From NCBI GenBank assembly GCA_964016885.1, contig OZ024741.1, positions 50,282,001 to 50,346,000 of the forward strand: a stretch of 64,000 nt of DNA. The letters run 5' to 3'. Under the pieces are notes generated by a model, which saw only the letters and a list, made by a program, of their open reading frames with translations, did not search any database and was not told the origin of the DNA. The DNA is from Eledone cirrhosa (taxonomy: Eukaryota). Positions 37,981-50,062 of this stretch are shown here, piece by piece. The number at the start of each line of letters is the position of its first letter. The first letter of the stretch is position 1. Made by a program: the position numbers and the translations under genes.

Positions 37981-39345
37981 CATCATCATCATCGTTTAAC
38001 GTCCATCTTCCACGCTTGCATGGGTTTGGACGGGAGTTTTCCCACTTGAGGCAAGAGTGGTTGTCTTGCTCGCATAGGACTGTCTGGCGGGTTTTCTACG
38101 GCTGGATGGATGCCCTTCCTAGCACCAACCACGTTTACAGTGTGGACTGGGAGGTTTTTACCGTGTTACCTACACAGCCACATTACAGCGTGGACTGTGT
38201 GTTTTTTTTGTTGTGACACCTACACAACCTCATTTGTTTCAGACTGGGTGTTGTGGTACCAACATAATTTTACATTGAAAGGGTGGTGTGGATGGGGTGG
38301 GGGTAGTGGAACGGGGTGTATTTTTGTTAGAGGTGCCTACTGACTGTAGTAGGTTTCACTTTGTACTTAGTTAAGGTGGGTCTTCTGTATTACTGTGTAG
38401 CGCCAAAGATCTCGGTCCAGTGACATTGTCTTGGAGAGGTGTAAGTGTGTGAGGTCGGAATTTATCAAGTCGTCCCAGGTTTTTCTGGGTCTGCCTACTC
38501 CGTGGCTACGGTCTAATTTTATTGCCCTGCACTTTGTTATACAGCAATCGACTTTCATGCGCATCACGTGACCGTACCAACGTAGTCTTCTCTCGAGTAA
38601 ACAATATCTGATCCCTCTTATTTCTAATTTTTCCCTTAGTTCGTTTATGCTTTGCCGTTCATTCATTACTATTACACATCCAGCGGAGCATGCAAGCTTC
38701 ATTCTTCTCCAGTCTGCTTATATCCTCTGCACACAATGCCCAGGTCTCACTGCCATGTAACATTGCTGTTCGTATGCAGGCATCATACAGCCTGCTTTTC
38801 ATTTTTAGAGAGAACCCTTTAGCGGCTAATAGTGGTATAAGCTCTCTGAACTTTTTCCATCCAGTTCTGACTCTAGCTACTGTACTTTCAGAGCACCCTC
38901 CACCACTGCTGATTTTGTCACCCAAGTAACGGAAGGTGTCCACTATTTCTATAGAACCATCTGTGCAATGGAATGAGCTAGTATTCTGTGAGCACTTGCT
39001 GCTACTTATTGCACCAGAACACTGGCCACATATAAAATCTATATTCTTAGTTAGCTTACCTGTGATCCCACTACATCTTTTATGCATCCATACTTTGCAT
39101 TTGGGACATAAAATGGAGTTTCTGCCTACTCCTTTCCTACACACTGAGCATGGCCATTTCCCGGATGGGACCGGTGCCCTATTTTCCTTCCTACAAACTA
39201 GAACTGTAATCTTAGACAGGTTAATTTTAAGGTCTTTTGATTCTAGGCCATGCTTCCATGTTTGGAATTTCTTCTCTAGTTCGGCCATTGATTCAGCTAT
39301 GCGCATTAGATCATCTGCATATAGGAGTTCCCATGGGCAGCCGGT

Positions 39346-39348
<3 letters not shown>
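37981..39348 (-). mobile_element. RTE LINE, 5'-truncated just upstream of YADD, frameshifted
   Basis: KTGCPWELLYADD..PHD finger..RLRWYGHV..GRPRKTW, then UTR and (GAT)n. Both ends lie in (TA)n. Confidence 0.93.
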
Positions 39349-39405
<57 letters not shown>

Positions 39406-39452
39406 TATAGAGAGAGTAGCATAGTTAATATGAAGCATTATGAGAAATGTAG

Positions 39453-40787
39453 TAAAAAGCCGATCATTTTTTAAAAGCCGGTACAATGTTGTTGAAAAAT
39501 ACAAATGATGACAAATGAAACAAAATAAAGTAATCTTTTACCCATGTGCAACACATTTTTCCACTTTGAGGGCTCTGTATACAAACAAATCTCCAGACTT
39601 CCGATGGGATTGAGTCTTTCGGTCCATCTTATGGACCAGTTGGAGCACACAGGAGTCACCACATACTACCCTTGCTCCTTCTTCTCCAAGTACGTAGATG
39701 ACATCCTTACACTCACTTCATTACATGAAGAAGCTGTCGAGATCTACAACAACTCTGAAAACATTGATGCACACACAATATTTGAGGTTGAACATCCAGA
39801 CACGACTGTATCCCTCTCTCTACTCAACTTTAATAGTCACAGATGAGGGATCTATATACTCCAAATTTTACAGGAAGGATGCCTGCAGAGACATTTTTGT
39901 GCACCACAACGCCACCCTTTCCTACAGAGCCAAAATGGACTATATATGGAATGAGATCTCCCGGATATACAACAGATAGAGCAAGAGTAGCAACAGACAT
40001 ACCAGCAGGGTGAATTTCTAAAGAGTTCTCACCCCAAACAGCTACCCTACTTCTCTCACCAACACTGAAATGACAGGGTGGCAACATTTCAAAGAACAAA
40101 AAGGACACATGCCCCTAAGGATAACATTTGCTACTTTTAAGCTGCTATATTTCAATAAGATGATGACAGTTGCCATCAGACAAGTCATCAGTAGCAGGGG
40201 ACTAAATATACAGCTGACACACTTGGGACGCTCATTGAGGAGACTGCTCCACAGACACAAACCCACATACAGCGATATATGCAACTTCCTAATTATCCCC
40301 TCAACAACACAGGAGTGTGCATGAGAGCATATGTGGTCTATAAGATCATGTGCAAAAAATGTGGCTCCTCATATCGGTGTTAAAAAACCTTGACAGATAC
40401 CACAACCAAGACATTGAGGTCACCATAAAGGCAGCTGAAAGGAACATGGGAAATTTTAGGATTAAGGAAGCCATTTTCATCAGCCAAATAAAGCCAGAGA
40501 TAAATAATAGGTCAGAAATGTATGAGCTAGAATGATTATTGTAGTGACCCTGCGCATGTACATGGGTTTTGCAAACACAGACCAGTTAGAGAAGAAAACA
40601 CTGTGATCACTCGTTTGTTTTGTCTTGGACTGTTTCAGCTTAACATCGGAAAAGAAGGTAATTGCCCTGAAATATGCCATAATACACTGGGTAAAACATT
40701 ACTTTGTTTTCTTTTGTTTCATTTCATTTGCTCTTTGTATTTTTCTACCACAATGTACCAGCTTTTTAAAAAATGTATCGACCTTTT
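39453..40787 (+). mobile_element. Penelope-like element remnant with inverted 5' terminal repeat
   Basis: RT motifs FEGSVYKQISRLPMGLSLS, KYVDDI and FYRKD. GIY-YIG remnant VVYKIMCKKCGSSY and IKEAIFISQIKPEIN. 39453-39547 is an inverted copy of 40685-40787. Flanked by (TA)n. Confidence 0.85.
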
Positions 40788-40805
40788 AATATATATATAT
40801 ATATA

Positions 40806-40908
40806 AAAGAGGTTAACGGGACTAGCATAAAGTTACCCTGCTAGTACCGGTTGCATCTCAGAGTACTCAATAGATAAGGTTATGTATAAATCCCAGAGTT
40901 ATTTGCCT
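40806..40908 (-). mobile_element. Short (TA)n-embedded element tail, probably a PLE 3' terminus
   Basis: The reverse complement aligns to 62710-62800 (actctggga...ctattgagtac.ctgagat.caacc.gt.ct.gca). Confidence 0.55.
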
Positions 40909-41042
40909 ATATATATATATATATATATAGTGTATTTTGCAATACACTGTATGCTTAATTAAAAGCATTTTGTCGACCATACACTATTGTTTTAAAATAG
41001 TGACAATGTCACTTATTTAAATTTTCAGCAAACAGGGGAGAT

Positions 41043-41089
41043 AAACTGACAGAGCTCCGTTTCATACTTTTTGGTACTTATCAAAGTTC
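41043..41089 (-). ncRNA. Mirror copy of the U3-A8 hammerhead
   Basis: GAACT-TTGATAA-GTAC(CAAAAA)GTAT-GAAA-CGGAGCTCTG-TC^AGTTT. The two differences become G-U pairs. Confidence 0.7.
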
Positions 41090-41386
41090 ACTACCCCTCC
41101 TGTTTGCTGAAAATTATGTGTGTTGGATTCTTATAGAATTCCTGTAATAATCAGGAACTGATTATACAGAGTGGTCGCCGGTCCCGCAGAAATTGAAAAT
41201 TAGAATTGGTGCTCTCAAATAGCGATATATATATGAATGTATATATAGTGTATTTTGCAATACACTGTATGCTTAATTAAAAGCATACAGTGGACCGGTG
41301 ACCACTCTGTATAATCAGTTCCTGATTATTACTAGAATTCTATAAGAATCCAACACACATAATTTTCAGCAAACAGGAGGGGTAGT

Positions 41387-41433
41387 GAACTTTGATAAGT
41401 ACCAAAAAGTACGAAACAGAGCTCTGTCAGTTT
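41387..41433 (+). ncRNA. Hammerhead ribozyme motif with U3-A8 core variant
   Basis: GAACT-TTGATAA-GTAC(CAAAAA)GTAC-GAAA-CAGAGCTCTG-TC^AGTTT, with a loopless palindromic stem III and GUC site. Confidence 0.75.
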
Positions 41434-43618
41434 ATCTCCCCTTTGGTGAAAATTTAAATAAGTGACATTGTCACTATTTTAAAACAATACTGTATGGTCT
41501 TCAAAATGCTTTTAATTAAGCATACAGTGTATTGCAAAATACACTATATATACATTCATATATATATCGCTATTTCAGAGCACCAATTCTAATAAATATA
41601 TATATATATATATATATATAAAGATTAAGAGAGGTAATATCCAAAACTCAGTATTCCGTGCAGAGGGGCAGAGTTGGTAGGGAATGCCAGTATACTTTGT
41701 GAGGTGAAGAAAAAGCATTTTTTGGTGTGGTCTGTTCAGTAGCTGAGATAGCTTGAGCTAGCCAATAGTGGTCAGTGAATATAAAGAGAAGTGTTAATTA
41801 TAGCCAATCTATTACATAACTGCTACTTAATGGTTTCTAAAAAACCATAATTAAACACTGCAAATCATTTTGTCTGACGCTTTAATGACTCTACCAAACC
41901 ATCATCTTTTCAATAACAATAATTGCCTCTACTTTTGGCACAAGGCCAGCAATTTGAAAGGAAGGGAAAGTCGATTCCTCCTTTAGCATTTAAACTGGTC
42001 ATATCCAGCCAGAATTATCTTGCCGCTTTCTGTTCAAACCAGCTGCAACTGGTCACTCATACTGATGTTAAGGTATTGTTCTCAAAATAAATAACACCAA
42101 AATCTCGTAGATTCAATATTATGTGAGATAAAGCCTTTACCATGAAAATATTATAGTAAATATAGAGCAATGTAAATGCACTAGGATTAAACTAATCCTA
42201 GTGCATCACTGGTACTTTGTCAACCCCAAAAGGATGAAAAGCAAAGTTAACCTCAGCGACATTTGAATTCAGAGCTTAAAAAGCTATAACTCTATGCCAC
42301 AAAGCATGTTGTCCGATGTTCTACCAATCTGCCAATCCCCAGCCCTACAATAATAACAACAACAACAAAACTAATAATAATTTCTTATTTTGTTAAAGTT
42401 TATATAAATTGAAAAGTTTGGTTTCATTTCATTCCTAATAAAGATTGCAAAGACACAAGATCAATTTCTGCAAGAGAAACTAATGACCTTGTTTAGGAGG
42501 GTTATTTCCATGGTAACCTAACAAAGCACACAGTAAAGACAGTATGTACACACACACACACACACACACACAGTACAATACATTAGGTTCATATTTGGGT
42601 GTGGTAGTATTTGTATGAGTCCACACAGAAGGACCATTGTACATTTATGGGTGGGGTCACTTTGTACAGTCAGACATTATAAGTGATAAACATCTGGTCT
42701 GGTCTGGTGTGTGTATGTGTGTGTGCATGGGTGCAAACATACACATACACACTCAGATACAAACATACATACAAGCAAAGATACATACAAACACAAATAT
42801 ATACATAGAAGCACAGGTGTTCATGGAAAAGCACAGATGCACACATAAACACGAGGCAGTCAACACATGCACGCACACAGACACTACTCAAACACACACA
42901 GACATGCACACACACACAAACAGAGACATGCACACACAGATACTACTCATAAACACACAGACACAAACATGCATATACACACACATACAGAGAAACACGC
43001 AAACACAGACATGCACACACACACACACACACACAGATAATACTCATAAACACAAACACCAACATAGAGCCACATAGCTAGAGATAAAGTGTATGTAGCC
43101 ACAGTTGTGTGTAAAGGGAGTATAACAACAATTTAGCCTCATTAAACCAACAAGATGGTCTATAATGAACCACATCCTGCCTGCTTGAGACTACACTCAA
43201 CATCTGCCCTCTCACTATCACCCTTGACCACACAGCCAACCTACTGGAAATGGCAGTCAAATCTAACTTAAACTACCCACAAAATCTTTCTTCTTGTTAC
43301 CCCTTAGAAGTAGCTTGCTAGAAATAGCCGCCAAATTTAAACTATCCTCAATAGTTTCTTTTTACCAATAGACAAACCTACACTTATAGCAAGTTAGCTA
43401 GAAATAGTAGCCAAATCTAACTTAAATTACCTTCACCATCTGTCCTCTCATTAACTCTTTGACCAAACTTAACAGCAAACATTAGAAATAGCAGCCAAAT
43501 TTACTCAACATCTGTTTTACATTATACTCGTGATTACATTATACTCGTGAATAGCAGCCAACAACCCTCAACATTTACACAGAGCCACCATATATCTCAT
43601 AAGACCATGGATCTGCAC

Positions 43619-43741
43619 CTGGAAAATTGCTCTTTCTCACACAGTCTTGGGGGAGATTTTTTTCTAGAAGACCAGCAGTTGCCCATGTATGCAAGCCTTG
43701 CCTCTCCACGCCAACAGTGTTGTCCAAGAGAAAGGCACGAG
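43619..43741 (-). CDS. Candidate 123-nt host exon
   Basis: GC-richer unique island with AG|...CAG|GTGCAG (weak sites). Open in phase 1 (RAFLLDNTVGVERQGLHTW...) and phase 2 (...MGNCWSSRKKSPP...). Confidence 0.22.
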
Positions 43742-43974
43742 CTGATACTGCTTGGCAATAGTGATATCACAGGAGAATCCAGAACACAAAGGGTCAAATC
43801 CACTGCCCTTGGACTAGTACTTTATCAATATTGAAAAGATGAAAAGCAAAGTTGACTTTGTGCACAAAAAGCTGCAACCATCATAAGGTATTCAATGCTT
43901 TGCCAAATCTGCCAATTTCTTGACATTTGTCTTCTCATATCTCCTTGACCAGACTGACAGCTAGCATGCTAGAA

Positions 43975-44166
43975 ATAGCAGCCAAATATAACTACACACA
44001 AATTCTGTCCACTCTTATCTTGACCATGCAGCCAAATATAACTAAATACAACATCTGTCCACTCATATCATCTTGCCCATACAGCCAAATATAACTAAAT
44101 ACAACATCTGTCCACTCATATCATCTTGCCCATACAGCCAAATATAACTAAATACAACATCTGTCT
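43975..44166. repeat. Tandem repeat, about 53-bp unit x3.5 (cagccaaatataactaaatacaacatctgtccactc...)
   Basis: Directly visible; derived from the gctagaaatagcagccaaat repeat family. Confidence 0.85.
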
Positions 44167-44454
44167 TGTTCAACCCTTATTACAGAAAAGTAAATGTAAA
44201 AATTACAACTACAAAAAAAATGAAAGAAGTGAAATGAAATCTAAAAAAGATGTGCTACAAAATTATATATGCTGTCTTTGATTTCTTAACTGTCTTTTAT
44301 CACCAGTCTTTGATTGTTGATGGGTGCTGAAAGCCATCATAGAGTGAAAATAAACATGGTGTGGGGTATACAAGGATTGTGGTACATCATCATCTAATGC
44401 ACAGGTTCTCAACCCATTTAGGCCAAACGCCCCCTTTTGTCCCTCGAAATCATT

Positions 44455-45520
44455 TCAATGGGACCCTTGAACTTTATGGAGTCTAGCTAACTCTTTGACG
44501 TCAGGCTGGATTTTCGTAAGATGTAGCCGGAGACCTCCACATGTAATTACATTGTAGCGGTTGCAAGCCTTACTGTGCAGTCTGGAAAGAGCACCAAACC
44601 TCCTCTTGACTAAGTATGAGCTTGGAAAAGGGAGAGCAAATCTCTTAGCCTCTGCACGTAGGTATGGAAATCGACGCTGAATTTCCTCTTGCATCCAAAA
44701 AAGGGGTTCACCTATTTTGGGAAATCTAATTTTGATCATGTCATCTGCTTGAAGCTCAATGAATTCTTCCTGAAATATAACGTCCAAGTCATCGACGTTA
44801 GCTGTGAAGGGATCTGCTACCCACATTGGGATGACCATCGACAATAGGTCGACAAACCGTTCTCTCGTGTTTTCTTGTAGCGCACGGAGGTGAGCGGTAT
44901 AAATTTGGAGTTGGTCATCGCTTACAATGTTTTGAACATTGGCGACACTAGGAAAATTATAGAATTCCCGTCAACAAAGATTCCTTTCGATAACATTCAA
45001 TTTGGCCAGGAATGTTTTCACAGCATTCCTTGCTTTAAGCAAGGTGATCTTCTTCCCCTGCAAAGCCAAAATGACGCTATTGCATTTGTCGACGATGTCG
45101 GTGAGGTAGGCGCAGTTTTGCCTCACATCGAGGGTTTTCTTGTACAGTTCTGTGTTGCGTCCTCGCAGAAACTCAAATGATAGAGTCAAACAGTTCAAAG
45201 AAGTGAGTAAGGCACTTGCCCTTTGAAAGCCACCTCACTTCATTATGAAGGAGCAACTTGACGAATTCTTCGTCATTATCTTGGCACAGTTGCCGGAAAA
45301 TTCGTTCATTGAGGGAATGCCGTTTGATAAAATTGATGACATCAAGGGCCACCTGCAAGGACTTGCTCAGTGGCTTGCTGAGTTTCTTCACAGCCAAGTG
45401 TTGTCGATGAATGACACAATGAACAACAAATACAGATAGATTTTCTCTCTTCAGAAGAGTGACGAAACCCTTATGTTGGCCGACCATTGCTCTAGCGTCG
45501 TCCGTAGCACATGATACAAT
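44455..45520 (-). pseudogene. ZBED5/FAM200/SCAND3-like hAT transposase, C-terminal half
   Basis: HCVIHRQHL, LLLHNEVRWLSKGK, FPSSYL and QGSH C-terminus. Frameshifts present and N-terminus missing. Confidence 0.85.
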
Positions 45521-45770
45521 ATGTGTTGTATTTGGTCCTAGATGTATGTATTACCTGCCTGTGTGTTGTAGGTAGTCCTAGATGTATGTATTACCTGCTT
45601 GCTTATGTATTGCATGTGGTCCTAGATGTATGTATTACCTGATTATGTGTTGTATGTGGTCCTAGATGTTTGTATTACCTGATTATGTGTTGCTTGTAGT
45701 CCGAGATGTGTGTATTACCTGCTTATGTGTTGTATGTGGTCCTAGATGTGTGTGCTACCCGCTTCTGTGT
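45520..45770. repeat. About 40-bp minisatellite x6 inside the hAT (tgtgttgtatgtggtcctagatgtatgtattacctg)
   Basis: Directly visible. Confidence 0.9.
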
Positions 45771-48700
45771 TTTTTTATTATTTTTTTTTTATTTGTAATA
45801 TTTATACAATAGGAAATAAAATAGATCTACATAGTGTTAACTCGTTACGGTTGAGTCAATAATTTCAGACATGAAATACATTGTTATCGGTGAAGGAAAG
45901 ACAAGATTCTAACTGGCTGTGATTGAAGTGTCCTTGACCCAGTTGACTGTGGATTTTTCCATGGTTAGGATCTCAATTGCCGGTTAATGTCTAAACACGC
46001 CTGCACACCTGCGGTCAGACCATAGTTATGCTGTCTGCATGCTCATTCAAATGCATTCACACTGGCTGTCTCAAAGACATACAAATATGGCTTATAAAAC
46101 TTACCAAAGTAAAGAGCCTTCCAGTGCACTCCAAAGCTCCAAACGACCCCCTAATGCCCCCTTGCTCCCAAACGCCCCCCTGGATTTCCGAAACGCCCCC
46201 TGGGGGTGCATATGCCCCCCGTTGAGAACCTTTGATCTAATGCAAGCACAGTAGGTGTCTCATGTATTAGCTGATAACCTCTACCAGTTATTTGTCCTCA
46301 ATATCTAAATTTCCATTTCATCCTGAGGAACTGAAAGATATTTTTGGAAGTCATCTGCAAAATATTAGCCAAGTCTTTTGACTAAATTTAACTAGAGATG
46401 GACAGATCTAATGAACAGAGTAATTAGTAGCAGTCAACCATGTCTGTGATGTTGGTGTAAATGAAATGGCTGTGAGTGCAGAGTGAAGGCAATTTAGAAG
46501 TAGATAGAATTAGACTGTTCTCTCACAATAAAATTTTACACAAGCTCTCTTGTTAAAGGTTTTAATTACCAACTCTCATCACCTCCAACTACCCACACAA
46601 TGGTGGGTCTGCTAAAATTATGTATAAACTCAAAGATAGCACAATTCAAAATAAATTTTCAAATGAGCTAGAAAAGGAGACTGTGTGACTGTTTGTCTTC
46701 CAAGTAACAACAGCCAAATCTCCTTCAAATAACACTATCGAATGAAAGTACTAGATATTCTATGTCTGAATAAGATGGTTATAAATAGAACACTTTTGAT
46801 CAAGACAGCTGACCTGGGTTTAAAACCACAATAAGACAGGATACATTATGTAATATAGAACTAGATATACTATGTTTGGGAGGAAAAAGATAGGATGGTA
46901 ACAGCTAGAATACTTTTGATGATAGTTCTGCAAGATCAAGGCTGACTATATATCCGGTTTAGAATGGGTACACCGTATCCTTGGGTGTCATAAAAAATGA
47001 TTAAAAAGGTTGATGTCAGGAAGGGTATTCAGCTGTAAAACATTGCCTCAAAAAGTCCTGTCCAACCCATGCCAGCACAGAAAAGTCAATGTAAAACCAA
47101 TGATGCACAATACCATCTTTCCAGCACCATTAGTTCCAGACACATGCCAAATTGTTTTGCCAGATCAACAGTTACGCTATAACAATTTAGGGTAAATTCC
47201 TAAGAGACTGCTGTTACATTATTAATAACTTCTTCAAGACAAAATCTTCATAACCTATCATTTGTTTATCCCTCAAAAAGACATCATGAAAGCAGAAACC
47301 CTCTTGTACTTAACTGTAATAAAATAAGGTACAAATGTTTTGACACTTGCACTGTGCTTGAAAGCTGACTGATACCACAAAAGCAGCACCCAGGCCAACT
47401 TGTCAGGTGCTGGTGGTGGTACCACAAGAAACAAACCCAGTACATACTGTCAGTGGTTGGCAATAGAGAGGGCATCCACCCATAGAAACCATGCCAAAAT
47501 GGAACATATGAGCAAGACACAGTCATCTGACCAATGTGTCTAGGCTCAGAACATGACAACTTGCCTAACCCATACAAACATGGAAAATAGGTATATGACA
47601 ATGATGGGGGGATGGGGGGGGGGGGGGTATGTATATTACATTAGAATTCCTGTTTAGCAATTTATAACACCCACAACAGTGCTTGGCAACACTTCATGCA
47701 TATGGTTCCATGAACATTGCCTTACACTAGTACTACTACTACTACAGTAAACTCCATCTCCTCTATGGCCACACTGAGCACCCAAAGCAACAGTATAGAA
47801 ATATGCCCTCTTAGCTGGAGTGATCCAGTTCTAATTAGAGCAAATAGGAAATCCCAGAAAACTGTATTCTGGGGACAAAGACTTGGAAAATAGTTTAGTG
47901 TTGCTGGTGGTAGTGGTATTGGTGACAGAAGTGATGGTAGTGTGTGTCACAATGCAGAGAATTAATGTAGCAATATTAGTAGGGATATTGGGATGTCAGA
48001 TGGTAAGGATTAATATAGTAATGGTGGTAGTGGTAGCAGCAGCTGTGTCATATGGTAGGGATTAATATAGCAATGGTAATGGTGGTGAAGTCAGCAGTGG
48101 TGGTGTCACAGGGTGGATGATTAATATAACAATGGTGGTGATGGTAGTGATGTCATAGAGGACAGCAATGATGGCAGTGGTGGAAGGTGATCACAGAGGT
48201 CAATAGAAGTGACTGGAGGAGAGGGTAGGAAAGAGTGGAGTAATAGTACAGAAGGGAAGTGTAAAGTAGTAAAAAAAAGACAGGGAGAGGGTATGGAAAG
48301 GAAAGGAAGGAAAGACGGGAATAAGGGAGGCAGGATGCAACATGAAAAAGAACAATAATAAAAAGGTCACAATTTTCAGACCCTTACAGCCATAAGGGTT
48401 CTAAATACATACACATATAAACATACACATGATTATATATATATATGAGAGAGATGAGTTGGAAGCTTTTATCTGACACACTACATGTTAGAATTCCTAA
48501 ACTGGTGGTACTGCTACCACAAAAAGAGTCAGGGACTCAACATACCGGTGGCCTGGCCCCACTCAACTTAGAGGCTTTGACAGCAATCTCCAAGCTCAGG
48601 CAGTTGGGGAGAGTGACCCTCATGATCCTGAAAGCTGCACACACACACTAGCAGTTGAAACGCTAGCATCATCCATCAACCATCACTTAACACCAACAGT

Positions 48701-49019
48701 CTGCAAGACTAGAATCACCTGTTCTGGTTTGTGACTCTTGCATTCGAGATCCTGGTGACTGAGGAGGACTCAATCTCCTCCCTACCTTCAACTAGTCTCT
48801 CTGTTCTTGCCAGCTACTCACCCACAATGAAAATGTGATAGCTGCCCTGAGATCCCTTCCTGGTAGTAACAGTAGTGGAGTGGAGTGGAGTGAATGGCCT
48901 GCAGCCTGGCCACCTTAAAAGTGTAATTACACTACACTCCACTGAGGCTGGAGTATGTTTCCTTTGGTCAATTACTGCTCTAATAAATAGTCTTCTCCAA
49001 ACCAACCTACCCCATTAAA

Positions 49020-49520
49020 CCTTTTTCTAATCAGCCAACTTCCTCGCATTGAAAACGAATTATCGTGGTATCCAACCCATAGTAGTAAGCAACATCTTTC
49101 AACGACCTACAGCCCAAATAACCAGCAGGTCAGTTAGTGTGGACCTCAGCAAGGAAATGCACCTTGTCCAGCTCAGAGTAGGGGTAAAATGCAGATGTGA
49201 GGCTGTTACTCATGTGATCAAACATTTCATTGAGCATCCATCTCTATCATCACCATGAATCCTGCTAAAATTGAACATGCAAAATACCTCAAATAGCGTT
49301 GGACATGACTATATCCTTGATACTCCTACTGATACATCTCTTAGGAGTAAACACCCAACATACTTATTGTTATTGGCAACATCATCACATCTACAACTGG
49401 TGATGCAGTGAGTTTCACTGGCTGTTCTCTGTGGTAATGCTTTCACCAACATGTCCGCAAAACACAGATCTAGACAGGGGTGTAGAGTCTGCCGCTTGCT
49501 TCCCAGTTTCCCTTACTCTA
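49020..49520 (+). pseudogene. CRE-clade RT remnant
   Basis: RGIQPIVVSNIFQR..VQLRVGVKCRCEAVTH..LLKLNMQNTSNS matches the CRE pattern GIRPIAVG..RR/QLGVG...EA..H/LKLD..NAFNS. Confidence 0.65.
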
Positions 49521-49581
49521 TATAATTCTTATTTATTGCAAACATTATATAATTGAAATTTGTCGAATAAAGATTTTCTCT

Positions 49582-49615
<34 letters not shown>

Positions 49616-50026
49616 GTCTGCGTGCGTGCGTGCGTGCATGCGTGCGTGTGTAAGGTCAACAGACTTCTTACAGTAAATATTCAAGGATTCTGGCAGACAA
49701 ATAGGAATTTCTTGCAATCCACCTTAGGTGGCCTCCACTTGGCAATAACACAGAGCTCTAAAACCTACTTAAAATACTACAACCATAACAAAATAGGAGA
49801 GAAGGGGGGTCAGGAATCTATCATTTCAAAATATAACTTCCTCTCCACATACACACTTCTGTTTAGTTTTGCAATATCCGAGTGCTAAATGTAAATTTTA
49901 AAACTTGTCCAGCAAATTTTTGACTGAAAATTGCTGGCTGAATATGCACATGTGTTTTTTTTCTCATTTCTTTCCTTTTCCTTCCTCTTCTCACTCTTTA
50001 TCTTTCTATTTCATTATTTATTTCTA

Positions 50027-50062
50027 TCTTCTGATGAAAGACTAATGTCTGAAACGTTAAGA
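50027..50062 (+). ncRNA. Minimal type I hammerhead ribozyme motif
   Basis: TCTT-CTGATGA-A-AGAC(TAAT)GTCT-GAAA-CG-TT^AAGA; same family as 11578-11613. Confidence 0.7.

Larger units (their letters stand above)
40921..41593. repeat. Complex fold-back repeat (about 260-bp arms at 40921-41184 and 41292-41551, plus a second inverted block) in (TA)n
   Basis: The arms are near-perfect reverse complements. 41200-41286 is an inverted copy of about 41511-41593. Each arm carries a hammerhead. Confidence 0.9.
44400..46234 (-). mobile_element. hAT (Buster/Charlie) transposon, internally deleted
   Basis: TIRs CACAGGTTCTCAAC / GTTGAGAACCTTTG with a perfect 8-bp TSD ATCTAATG. Confidence 0.93.

Noticed and set aside
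40645-40680. Possible decayed hammerhead in the PLE 3' repeat (cggaaagaaggtaattgccctgaaatatg)
   Set aside because: Position fits, but CTGANGA is not recognisable; too degenerate to call.
46320-46440. CTGAGGA...GAAA on the plus strand and a FADD-like codon run on the minus strand
   Set aside because: No room for stem II between the core halves, and the RT similarity is too weak to call.
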